Shown here: in pieces, positions 8,235 to 17,115 of the stretch
Layout: the number at the start of each line of letters is the position of its first letter
How positions within the stretch are numbered: the first letter of the stretch is position 1
From: Candidatus Gastranaerophilaceae bacterium
GTDB lineage: Bacteria > Cyanobacteriota > Vampirovibrionia > Gastranaerophilales > Gastranaerophilaceae
DNA: 49,589 nt
Direction: 5' to 3'
Assembly (NCBI GenBank): GCA_045132355.1
Contig: JBGUSD010000203.1
Location: 1 to 49,589 of the forward strand
Position numbers and translations under genes: made by a program
The notes under the pieces: model-generated
The model's database searches: none
The model's input: only the letters and a program-made list of their open reading frames with translations
Told to the model about the DNA's origin: nothing

Positions 8235-8621
8235 ATGATGTCGTATGTAGATGATTTAGATTTGTGTTCTTCGCTTGGTATAATACCGTTTGACGGTCCT
8301 GCATATATTGCCGGAACAAAGCCAAGATTTGTCGGAACACCACCATTTGAAACTATTCCGGGATTTTCACCTGTTATGAAAATGCCTGCTCAAAAAGATG
8401 AATTTAAACCCAAAAAACATACTGATGTTGGAAAAGCGCTGGGAATAGGTCTTGTTGTGGCAGGTCTTGCAATGGCAATTTCAAGACTCAAAGGTTTCAA
8501 ATTACCAAAAGTAAAATTTTCTAAACCATCATTTGCCGCGTTAAAGGCTTTTCCTGCAAAGGTTTCAGCATTTGCAAAGAATTTGTGGACAAAGGCAAAA
8601 GGTTTGTTTAAAAAACCTTAG
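8235..8621 (+). CDS. hypothetical single-pass membrane protein with Lys-rich tail
   Basis: One hydrophobic segment GKALGIGLVVAGLAMAI. SD AGGAGAAAAATG. Confidence 0.45.
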   Translation: MMSYVDDLDLCSSLGIIPFDGPAYIAGTKPRFVGTPPFETIPGFSPVMKMPAQKDEFKPKKHTDVGKALGIGLVVAGLAMAISRLKGFKLPKVKFSKPSFAALKAFPAKVSAFAKNLWTKAKGLFKKP

Positions 8622-8714
8622 TGTGGAAATTTAGACAAAAAGAAAGTCTTGTCGAAAAACAAGACTTATAAATATACATTTACCCCACACAATTTATAGC
8701 ATGAAAAATAATAA

Positions 8715-8743
8715 TTGTCAAGTGATATTTGTTGTAATACAAT
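8715..8743 (+). promoter_or_regulatory. promoter TTGTCA-17-TACAAT, 6 nt before ATG 8750
   Basis: Hexamers read directly. No usable SD in the 6-nt gap. Confidence 0.5.
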
Positions 8744-8749
8744 GGGATT

Positions 8750-10492
8750 ATGACAGAACTTTTAGCACCGGCAAAAGACCTAAAGACGGCACTTGCAGCG
8801 ATTAACAGCGGATGCGATGCCATATATTTGGGCGCTCAAAATTTTGGAGCAAGACAAAATGCCGGAAATTCTCTTGAAGATATCAGGGAGATTGTTGAGC
8901 ATGCCCACAAATTTTATGTAAAAGTTCATGTTACGGTCAATACTATTTTAGACGATAATGAGCTTGAACAGGCGATAGACCTTATAACAAATTTGTATGA
9001 AATCGGTATTGATGCGATTATTGTTCAGGATATGGGAATTTTAAAGGCAGCAATAGAGGGCAAATTACCGCCAATACCCATTCATATGAGCACCCAATGT
9101 GATAACAGATCATTGGAAAAAGCAAAATTTTTTGATGAAGTCGGTGTTTCTCGTGTTATATTGGCAAGGGAGTTGTCATTAGACAGTATAAAAGAGATTT
9201 GTGGTAATACAAATGCTGAGATAGAAACCTTTATTCACGGGGCATTATGCGTGTCATACAGCGGTCAATGTTATATGAGTTGTTCAAATGGCGGAAGATC
9301 TGCCAACAGGGGTGAATGTGCTCAAAGTTGCCGCAAAAAATATACACTTGTTGATGAAAACGGAAAAGTTATCTCAAAAGACAAATACCTTTTAAGCCTA
9401 AAGGATTTTAATGCGTCAAAATATTTGAAAAATCTTGTTGATGCAGGGGTTAAATCTTTTAAAATTGAGGGTCGTTTAAAAGACGAAAATTATGTTTCAA
9501 ATGTTGTTGCCTTTTACAGAAAAGAGCTTGACAAAATTAGTCAAAAAACCTCATCAGGCAAGGTGTTTATGGATTTTGAACCTGATTTGAACAAAAGTTT
9601 TAATCGTGGTTTTACAACGTATTTTTTAAACGGCAGAGAAAGATGTTTCAACTTTGATACCCCAAAATCAATGGGTGAAAAGCTTGGAAAAGTTACAAGC
9701 ATAGGTAAAAATTGGTTTGAAATATCGGGCAAAATCAATCCGCAGGACGGTTTGTGCTATTTTGTTGAGGGTAATCTCACCGGATGTTTGGTCAACAGGG
9801 TGGAAGGGAACAGGATTTTCCCGAATAAAATGGATAAAATCTCAAAAGGAACTGTTATTTACAGAAACTTTGATAGCGAATTTGAAAAACAATTAAAAAA
9901 TATAAAACGTAGGATTGGCGTTAAATTTCTGTATAACAACGGAATTTTGCATGCGATAGACGAAGACGGAATTGAAACGGCAATAGAACTTATAAAAAAT
10001 GAAAAAGCAAAAAATCCTGAAAAAATGAGAGAAAATTTTATATCTCAACTGAATAAGACAGGTGAAAGTGATTTTTATGTTACGGATATTCAGATAAACG
10101 GCGAAATTCCGTTTTTGCCCATATCAGAGATAAACAACCTTAGGAGAGAAATTCTCGAAGATTTGATGGAGGAACGCCTCTCAAATTATGAAAGAGAAGT
10201 TCAGCAGCCAATGCGTTATGCAAAATTCCCAAAACCGGAAATGGACTATCGTGCAAACGTTCACAACAGTTCGGCAAAAGAATTTTATGACAAATGCGGC
10301 TGTAAAATAACCCAAATGTCTTATGAAAGTACAAGACCTAAAAATGTCGAATTAATGCGGACAAAACATTGTCTGAAATATGCCTTTGATATGTGCAAAT
10401 CCCCCGATAAATTGTTTTTAATTGACGAAAAAGGGAAAAAATACAACCTTATTTTTGATTGCAAAAATTGTGAGATGGTTATAAAAGGTTGA
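8750..10492 (+). CDS. peptidase U32 family protein (PrtC/RlhA/TrhP-type)
   Basis: ELLAPAKDLKTALAAINSGCDAIYLG and FIHGALCVSYSGQC are typical U32 blocks. Confidence 0.85.
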   Translation: MTELLAPAKDLKTALAAINSGCDAIYLGAQNFGARQNAGNSLEDIREIVEHAHKFYVKVHVTVNTILDDNELEQAIDLITNLYEIGIDAIIVQDMGILKAAIEGKLPPIPIHMSTQCDNRSLEKAKFFDEVGVSRVILARELSLDSIKEICGNTNAEIETFIHGALCVSYSGQCYMSCSNGGRSANRGECAQSCRKKYTLVDENGKVISKDKYLLSLKDFNASKYLKNLVDAGVKSFKIEGRLKDENYVSNVVAFYRKELDKISQKTSSGKVFMDFEPDLNKSFNRGFTTYFLNGRERCFNFDTPKSMGEKLGKVTSIGKNWFEISGKINPQDGLCYFVEGNLTGCLVNRVEGNRIFPNKMDKISKGTVIYRNFDSEFEKQLKNIKRRIGVKFLYNNGILHAIDEDGIETAIELIKNEKAKNPEKMRENFISQLNKTGESDFYVTDIQINGEIPFLPISEINNLRREILEDLMEERLSNYEREVQQPMRYAKFPKPEMDYRANVHNSSAKEFYDKCGCKITQMSYESTRPKNVELMRTKHCLKYAFDMCKSPDKLFLIDEKGKKYNLIFDCKNCEMVIKG

Positions 10493-10584
10493 CTTTATAT
10501 AAAAAACCCTTAAATATAATACAAAAGTATGATTTCAAAAAACAACAATTAGCATAGTATTGTTGTGGAGAGGTATTGTAAAAA

Positions 10585-11988
10585 ATGGGGTTGAACTTAA
10601 ATAGTATATACCAAAGACCTTACATAGTTCCCGACAGACGAAACGCCGTCAAAAAGCGTGAAGAAGAGGAACGTTCAACGTCCAATGCTCAACGAGAAGA
10701 ACAGGCAAACCAAAACGAACGCAGCAAAGGTCTGAATTACGTTGATTCACACACTTATGAACAATACGCAAAACAGGCAGATGTTAACATACAAAATCAT
10801 TACCCTAATGAAGTTGCAACGGCACTTGCACAACGCAACCCAAACATTAACATTGCACAGATTTTGAAAGATTTTAAAAATACTGCAATTGCAATCGGAA
10901 CGCCTGATGATTTGAAAGAAGAAGTCAGCGGATACCTAGAGCTTATTGAAAAACAGATAACAAAAGAAAATCCAAACAGCAAGCTCATAAAATCAAACCT
11001 GAAAAATGCTGCTTCAATTCTCGATAATTACATATCAAAAACTCTTGATAAAGATTCAAAAGTTGTAGAAAATTGGGTTGATGCCCTATTTTTGCAACAA
11101 ATAGATTTCAAATACAACGAGAATGATATAAATCCTCAATTCCTGGTAAAATTCCCTGAAGAAACCCCTAAGGAAGAATCACAAGCACAAGTTCAGCATG
11201 AACAAGAAGCCAAGACAAACAACCTTATTCCACAGGACAAGGAATTAAAGAAACTGTTTATTCAGGCCAAAAAAATGGCATATGCAAACAAACCGAAAGA
11301 AGCCATTGAGGCCTTTAAGACAGCATTAGAAAGGGCAACTGAGGTTAATGATAAAGAAACTCAATCCAAAATATATTTAGAGGTCGGAAAGATATATGAT
11401 GACCACGATTATTTGTCTCAAGCCCTCAAAAGCTACTATGAATCAACCCAAAGGACAAAAGATTGCAACGTAAAAACACGTGCTCACTATTCAATGGCAG
11501 AAATTTATAACGATGTAAACAAGCTTGAACCTGCAATAGATCACTATTTTTCAACCGTAAGTTTTGCGGGCGAAGCTGAAAATTTAACAGTTCAGTCAAC
11601 ATCCTTGACAAAAATTGGAAATATCTATTCAGATATGTACGAGCAAGGCGCATTTGATTACTTTGAGGTGGCAGATGCTCTGGCAGATGAAACTGATAAT
11701 GCAAAGATAAAAGGTTATGTATCATCAAGCCGCGGGGATGCTTATGACAGGTTTGGAGAGTCAAATAAAGCTCTTAAATCATATTCAAAAGCGGTTAAAA
11801 ACTATATGGATGCAGATTCTCCGCAAAAAGTTGCACAAAACTATCTGAATGCAGCAAGTATTATGCTTGATGCAAAAAATGATGAAAAAGCAAAAGGTTT
11901 GCTGGAAAAAGCAGAACGCTATGCACAAAAGACAGATAATGAGGATTTGTTGTCAAAAATCAGAAATACTCTTGTAAGTATTTCATAA
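10585..11988 (+). CDS. TPR-repeat protein with a charged, low-complexity N-terminal region
   Basis: The C-terminal half has repeated A..Y/A..A helix-pair patterns (KPKEAIEAFKTAL, LSQALKSYYES, NKALKSYSKAV). Confidence 0.6.
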   Translation: MGLNLNSIYQRPYIVPDRRNAVKKREEEERSTSNAQREEQANQNERSKGLNYVDSHTYEQYAKQADVNIQNHYPNEVATALAQRNPNINIAQILKDFKNTAIAIGTPDDLKEEVSGYLELIEKQITKENPNSKLIKSNLKNAASILDNYISKTLDKDSKVVENWVDALFLQQIDFKYNENDINPQFLVKFPEETPKEESQAQVQHEQEAKTNNLIPQDKELKKLFIQAKKMAYANKPKEAIEAFKTALERATEVNDKETQSKIYLEVGKIYDDHDYLSQALKSYYESTQRTKDCNVKTRAHYSMAEIYNDVNKLEPAIDHYFSTVSFAGEAENLTVQSTSLTKIGNIYSDMYEQGAFDYFEVADALADETDNAKIKGYVSSSRGDAYDRFGESNKALKSYSKAVKNYMDADSPQKVAQNYLNAASIMLDAKNDEKAKGLLEKAERYAQKTDNEDLLSKIRNTLVSIS

Positions 11989-11991
11989 AAA

Positions 11992-13416
11992 TTATTTTAA
12001 TACTTCAATAAATTCGTAATCTGTCAGGTAAGGCATATGATCTTCTGTTATCAATTCACCCGGCAATAAAACTGCAATCCCCGGAGGGCATTCTGCAATA
12101 ATTTCTGCAGAAATTCTGCCTACAGCATTGTGTTTTGGAATAGTTTCTTTCGGGCTGTAGAAGGCATCTCTCAGGTTCTTTTTGATTATCGGAGTGAGCA
12201 TCGGCATGTGCTTTTTGTTCTCCAAATAACAAATGTCTGAATAGTTTGTCTGATCAATTTTTTTAAGACAATCAACCAAGTATTGAATGTCAGAGCGTTT
12301 GTTTCCAATGTTTGAAAGGAGCAACAAGCCGGCATCTGAGGCACTTTCTACTTCTATATTAAAATCAATTTCTAAAATAGATTCTAAGCGTTTACCGGAC
12401 AGACCATCTGCTTTGATAAATACTTTTGTAACGTCTGTTTTGTATCCAAAATCAGGTTTCAACTGATGGATATGTTCCATTTTGTCTATTTCGCTTCTTA
12501 GGTATTTTGCGTTTTGTATGGCACGTTCAATCTGTTTTCTGCCTCGAGGGCTGTCAAGGTTTGCACGAGCAGCGTCCAAACTTGCCAAAAGCATTAAAGA
12601 TGGACTTGTGGTATGCAATAATTTTAAAGCTTTTTCAACCGCGTCAACGTCTAGCATTGAATTTTCTGATATATGAAGCATTGAGCTTTGGCTCATACTT
12701 CCGCCGGTTTTGTGTAACGAATGAACAACGGCGTCAGCGCCAAGTTTGAGTGCTGAGGTTGGAAGTTTATCATTAAAATTCCACAAAGATGCGTGTGCTT
12801 CATCTACAATTAACGGAACATTATATTTTTTACAAATTTTTGAGATTGCTTTTATATCAGATACAACGCCTTCATAGGTTGGGTTTGTAATCCATACCAT
12901 AGAAACATCATCGTATGCTTTGAGCATTTCTTCAACACGTTCAGGGTTAACATTACCCCAAATACCCCAATCTTCAAACCTTTCAGGAACAAGCCAAAGC
13001 GGTTCTGCACCAGAGATTATCATACCTGTCAGAATTGATCTGTGGCAATTCCTGTTTGTAATTATTTTTTGACCTTTTTTAGTCAAACCCATAGCAAGTG
13101 CAAGGTTTCCGGCAGTTGAGCCATTTAATAGAAAGAAAGTTTTTTTGGCGCCAAACGCTTGTGCTGCAAGTTCCTGAGCTTCTTTTATCGGGCCTGTTGC
13201 CGGATGTAATGTTCCAAGACCGTCAAATTCATCTGTTGTATCAATTGAAAGAGCTTTTCTTCCAATTAATTGTTTGAATTCAGGTAGCGCCCCGCCACCT
13301 TTTGTGTGTCCCGGTATGTGGAACTGATAGCTCGGATTTTCATAAGCCTTTTTTAGTGCCTCTACAATCGGGGCGTGGGTTTTTGTATATTTATTATTTT
13401 TTGTTACACTTGTCAT
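11992..13416 (-). CDS. PLP-dependent Orn/Lys/Arg decarboxylase family protein
   Basis: HIPGHTKGG, NGSTAGN, VDEAHAS, and HSLHKTGGSMSQSS (PLP lysine). Confidence 0.8.
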   Translation of the reverse strand: MTSVTKNNKYTKTHAPIVEALKKAYENPSYQFHIPGHTKGGGALPEFKQLIGRKALSIDTTDEFDGLGTLHPATGPIKEAQELAAQAFGAKKTFFLLNGSTAGNLALAMGLTKKGQKIITNRNCHRSILTGMIISGAEPLWLVPERFEDWGIWGNVNPERVEEMLKAYDDVSMVWITNPTYEGVVSDIKAISKICKKYNVPLIVDEAHASLWNFNDKLPTSALKLGADAVVHSLHKTGGSMSQSSMLHISENSMLDVDAVEKALKLLHTTSPSLMLLASLDAARANLDSPRGRKQIERAIQNAKYLRSEIDKMEHIHQLKPDFGYKTDVTKVFIKADGLSGKRLESILEIDFNIEVESASDAGLLLLSNIGNKRSDIQYLVDCLKKIDQTNYSDICYLENKKHMPMLTPIIKKNLRDAFYSPKETIPKHNAVGRISAEIIAECPPGIAVLLPGELITEDHMPYLTDYEFIEVLK

Positions 13417-13481
13417 AACAATAAATATACAATAAAATAATAAAAAAGCAATAAATAATATGTTATAATCTTTAATAATAT

Positions 13482-14720
13482 ATGAAGTCTTTTTTAAAAG
13501 TAATAATAGTTATATTATTAACAGCATTTACTCCGGCATTTGCGGTTGAATCTGCTATATATTTACCGAAAGATACCCCGCTTCCTGAGCGGGATATGAA
13601 TAATGATGGCGTAATTGATAAAAATGACATTGTAATAGATAATACAGAAGAAAACTTTGATTTCTTTGAACATTTTAAAGATCCGATAGATCATGATGTA
13701 TCATTATCTTCTCGTATAAATAAGGCGATTCATGCTAAGGTAACAAGAACAGATAAGGCAAACTATTTATTAAAAGATATATTAACGGTGGATTATGAAA
13801 AAGGACCTATCGACAGATTGCAGCTGTATGCAAAATACAGAGGAAATCTTTCAACAAATATATTTTCTCATGATGTTGATACAGAGTATGATATAACATC
13901 TATTGATGTCGGTGTAATTGGCGAGTTGGAAAAATTCCAGGAAACAGATTTCAAACTGCAATTAAAATTTGCACCGACAAAAAACATGACATTTTTCCAA
14001 CAATTGATAAGTGATGCGTATATTGTTAATAAAAATATACCTCATCACCAGGTGTATGTTGGCAATTCCAGAAACCAGGTCGGAGTTGAGGGCGGTATGT
14101 CAACGACTTTTGTTCCTTTTGTAAACAGAGCTCAAATAGCAAGAACTTTTGGCAACACAAGGGCTTTGGGTGTCAGAGTTGCGGGAAAATACTCTCTTGC
14201 GGATTATAGTTTGGCATTAAACAGCTCAGACAGATTTTTTAAGGAATTTTTTCCTGGAGCAGAAGTTACAGGCTGGGTAAATTTTAAGCCGCTTGGTCTT
14301 TTAGATAGTGAAAAATACGGGAAATTAGTTATCGGTGGTGGTATTAGTAAAGGAAAGAGACATACAGATTATACTGTTGGTGGAGCCTATATCGGATATA
14401 ATTATAAAGATTTTATGATTAATGCGGAATATTCAAGAGCTGACGGTTACAACGGAAGGTATACAAGTACGAATAAAGCGGAAGGGTTTTATGCAACAAT
14501 AGGCTATAAAATTACTCCAAAAATTCAAATCGTTGCAAGAGCGGATCATTTTGATCCGAATTTGAATGCAAGTGGAGATAAAAGACGCGAATATTCTGCC
14601 GGTATAAATTATTATATAATCGGACAAGGTTTGAAATTACTTTTCAACTACGTTTTCTGTGACAACGAAAACGCAGAAGACAGCCATAGACTGATTTTGG
14701 GTACTCAAATACTATTATAA
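13482..14720 (+). CDS. putative outer-membrane beta-barrel porin (phosphate-selective porin O/P-like)
   Basis: Signal peptide ending AFA|VE. The C-terminal two-thirds show alternating amphipathic strands (GAYIGYNYKDFMINAEYSRADG, FYATIGYKIT, YSAGINYYIIGQGLKLLFNYVF). Confidence 0.5.
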   Translation: MKSFLKVIIVILLTAFTPAFAVESAIYLPKDTPLPERDMNNDGVIDKNDIVIDNTEENFDFFEHFKDPIDHDVSLSSRINKAIHAKVTRTDKANYLLKDILTVDYEKGPIDRLQLYAKYRGNLSTNIFSHDVDTEYDITSIDVGVIGELEKFQETDFKLQLKFAPTKNMTFFQQLISDAYIVNKNIPHHQVYVGNSRNQVGVEGGMSTTFVPFVNRAQIARTFGNTRALGVRVAGKYSLADYSLALNSSDRFFKEFFPGAEVTGWVNFKPLGLLDSEKYGKLVIGGGISKGKRHTDYTVGGAYIGYNYKDFMINAEYSRADGYNGRYTSTNKAEGFYATIGYKITPKIQIVARADHFDPNLNASGDKRREYSAGINYYIIGQGLKLLFNYVFCDNENAEDSHRLILGTQILL

Positions 14721-15715
14721 TTATTCAAAATATCTTTCTTGCTGTCTGCGCCAAATTTTTGTAAAAATTCATCAACCAGAACGCAAGCTACTCTTGCTTC
14801 TGCAACAACAGCACAAGATTCTACCGCACATGTATCTGACCGTTCAAAGTGTGCTTCACATTCTTCTAATGTATTTTTATCAACGGTTTTCAAGGGTTTT
14901 ACCATTGTCGGAATAGGCTTCATAACAGCTTTTATGATTATATCTTCGCCGTTAGTCATTCCGCCTTCTATACCGCCGGCATGGTTGGTTTTTCTTATAA
15001 TTTTACCATTTTCGGCAAAGATTTCATCGTGGTATTCGGAACCTTTTTTACCTAAAGGGTTTTCGCCTATTTCAACAGCTTTTACACCACCTATACTCAT
15101 AATGGCTTGTGCCAATTTGCCGTCGATAGTTCTGTCCCAATGAACATATGAGCCCAGTCCGATTGGAAGATTTGTATAAATAACCTCAAATTTTCCGCCA
15201 AGGGAATCACCGTTGGCTTTTGCCCCTTCGATTTCCTGTTCAAAATTTTCTGTCGCATTACCGATTTGCAAAATATTTGATGTTCCTGTTATTCCAAATT
15301 CTTTTAATACAAGCTTTGCAACAGCGCCTACGGCGACCTCAATTGCAGTTTTTCTTGCGCTTGCACGTTCTAATACATCTCTCAGATCATCAAGGGAATA
15401 CTTTTTGCTTCCGGCATAATCGGCATGGCCCGGTCTGTATTTTGTGAATGGTGGTTTTTCACTAAAATCTTTGTTGTTAATAATAAGACATATAGGGGCG
15501 CCTGTTGTTAGTCCGTTATGAATTCCGGCAGTTATTTCAACAGTGTCATTCTCAAATGCTTGGCGACTGCTTCTGCCGTATCCCATTTGACGTCTTTTCA
15601 ATTCTTCATTAATAAAATCAGTATTGATAAAAAAACCGGACGGCAAACCCTCAATTATTGCCGTCAAACATTTACCGTGACTTTCACCTGCTGTCAAGAA
15701 TCTAAATTTATTCAT
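14705..15715 (-). CDS. aroC: chorismate synthase
   Basis: FRFLTAGESHGKCLTAIIEGLPSG, RPGHADY, GGIEGGMTNG. The 3' end overlaps the convergent porin gene by 16 nt. Confidence 0.9.
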   Translation of the reverse strand: MNKFRFLTAGESHGKCLTAIIEGLPSGFFINTDFINEELKRRQMGYGRSSRQAFENDTVEITAGIHNGLTTGAPICLIINNKDFSEKPPFTKYRPGHADYAGSKKYSLDDLRDVLERASARKTAIEVAVGAVAKLVLKEFGITGTSNILQIGNATENFEQEIEGAKANGDSLGGKFEVIYTNLPIGLGSYVHWDRTIDGKLAQAIMSIGGVKAVEIGENPLGKKGSEYHDEIFAENGKIIRKTNHAGGIEGGMTNGEDIIIKAVMKPIPTMVKPLKTVDKNTLEECEAHFERSDTCAVESCAVVAEARVACVLVDEFLQKFGADSKKDILNNYNSI

Positions 15716-15764
15716 AAACCATATTATGTCATATTTATTTTAAATTAACAACAATTTAATATTT

Positions 15765-15793
15765 TTGACATATTTTGTAAATTTAATTATTAT
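15765..15793 (+). promoter_or_regulatory. promoter TTGACA-17-TATTAT for the gene at 15823
   Basis: Hexamers read directly. A roughly 23-nt leader with SD AGGAG follows. Confidence 0.45.
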
Positions 15794-15822
15794 AATTACA
15801 GTTAGTAAATAGGAGTGGAAAA

Positions 15823-16518
15823 TTGAAAATTTTTGGTAAAAAATCTGCATTTTTTGAGAAAGATACAGCACTTGCATCAACATTGATAAGTGTTTTGACT
15901 ATAGCCATTTTGTATTTTGTGGTAATACAAATTCAGAAAATTTATACAGCAAATAGATTGCATAATATTTATAATGAACTAAGCAGGATAGTAACTTTTT
16001 CAGAAGTAGATAACGGGCCCTCAGATACTTGGGAGTTACCTAAAAGTACACAATATAAAGATATGGAACCTTTTGTAAAGCAATACTATATGCCTTATCT
16101 TTCAGAATCGTTCTTTGTTAAGGTTCAGGATTTAGAGAAAAGGTACACGATATTGAAAGATTCTGATGGTATAAAAACATCGCCACTTATAACAAATTAT
16201 CTTATTATGAAAGACGGTGCAATTGTGTCCTTTTTCTACAATAAAAAACATAATTATATACTAATGTTTGTTGACATAAACGGACAAAGTTCACCTAACA
16301 AAATTGGTCGTGATGTTTTTGTGTTTATTGGTTTTAACGGTTATAATTATGAGGTATCAACGTTTGGAAGCTTTAATAACATTGGGAATTTAAAGTATCA
16401 CGAAACAGATAAGCATTACGGGTGCAGTAACAATATGGAAATACCGTTCAGAAACTTTTATTGTGCAAAGGTTATAGAATTGAATGATTGGAGCATTCCA
16501 AGCGAATATCCATGGTAA
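15823..16518 (+). CDS. pilin-like family paralogue with degenerate N-terminal signal
   Basis: Shares YLIMKDGA and VDINGQSSPNKIGRDVFVF with the pilin-like proteins at 351 and 41948. The N-terminus SAFFEKD...LISVLTIAILYF lacks the FTLxE motif. TTG start 7 nt after GGAG. Confidence 0.5.
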   Translation: MKIFGKKSAFFEKDTALASTLISVLTIAILYFVVIQIQKIYTANRLHNIYNELSRIVTFSEVDNGPSDTWELPKSTQYKDMEPFVKQYYMPYLSESFFVKVQDLEKRYTILKDSDGIKTSPLITNYLIMKDGAIVSFFYNKKHNYILMFVDINGQSSPNKIGRDVFVFIGFNGYNYEVSTFGSFNNIGNLKYHETDKHYGCSNNMEIPFRNFYCAKVIELNDWSIPSEYPW

Positions 16519-16520
16519 AC

Positions 16521-16554
16521 AAAAGGCACAAGTTTTATAACTTGTGCCTTTTGT
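16521..16554. terminator. bidirectional terminator hairpin between convergent genes
   Basis: AAGGCACAAG (16523-16532) pairs with CTTGTGCCTT (16541-16550), flanked by an A-run and a T-run. Confidence 0.65.
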
Positions 16555-16568
16555 TTATTAACAACATT

Positions 16569-17048
16569 TTATGATGATTGATTTGCATATTTTAAGAAGA
16601 TTTGTACTCTTGTTTGCATCAATTCTTCAACAACTTTCCATTGACCGTTTGGTTGTTTTTGAACGATTTGGTAAAATTTTAACCAATATGTTTCGCCGGT
16701 AGGTTGTCTTTCAGCGCTGATTTTATACCCGTTTGCAACCTTTGTTACGGAAATATTTCTGTACGTATTTTTATACTTTCTGATTTTTGCGGTTGTTTGT
16801 CCAAGTTTCATTTGTTTTATATAAGTTGCGGTATCTGGTGAAAGGTTTACTAACGTTCCATCAGGTTTTACAACTTGTCTGATAATCTTGGCATTTGGTG
16901 AATAAAAATTAGGAATTGTTTGGCTATATGTATTTGCAGCATTTACGTAGCTATTAAAAAAAGCTCTTGCATCGGTTGCATCATCGGCATATACATGTGA
17001 ACCAACCAAAAATCCTAAAACAGCTAAAATTGATAATAATTTTTTCAT
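16569..17048 (-). CDS. secreted hypothetical protein
   Basis: Signal peptide MKKLLSILAVLGFLVGSHVYA. SD AGGAG. Confidence 0.5.
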   Translation of the reverse strand: MKKLLSILAVLGFLVGSHVYADDATDARAFFNSYVNAANTYSQTIPNFYSPNAKIIRQVVKPDGTLVNLSPDTATYIKQMKLGQTTAKIRKYKNTYRNISVTKVANGYKISAERQPTGETYWLKFYQIVQKQPNGQWKVVEELMQTRVQIFLKYANQSS

Positions 17049-17115
17049 GTTTTTCTCCTATAAGAATAAACGAGTCTGAACCGATTTTGTTCATTATAAG
17101 TATAACATATTTTGG

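Noticed and set aside
14705-14720. 16-nt convergent overlap of the porin-like gene and aroC as a regulatory feature
   Set aside because: Short 3'-end overlaps of convergent genes are common in compact genomes, and no associated structure was seen.
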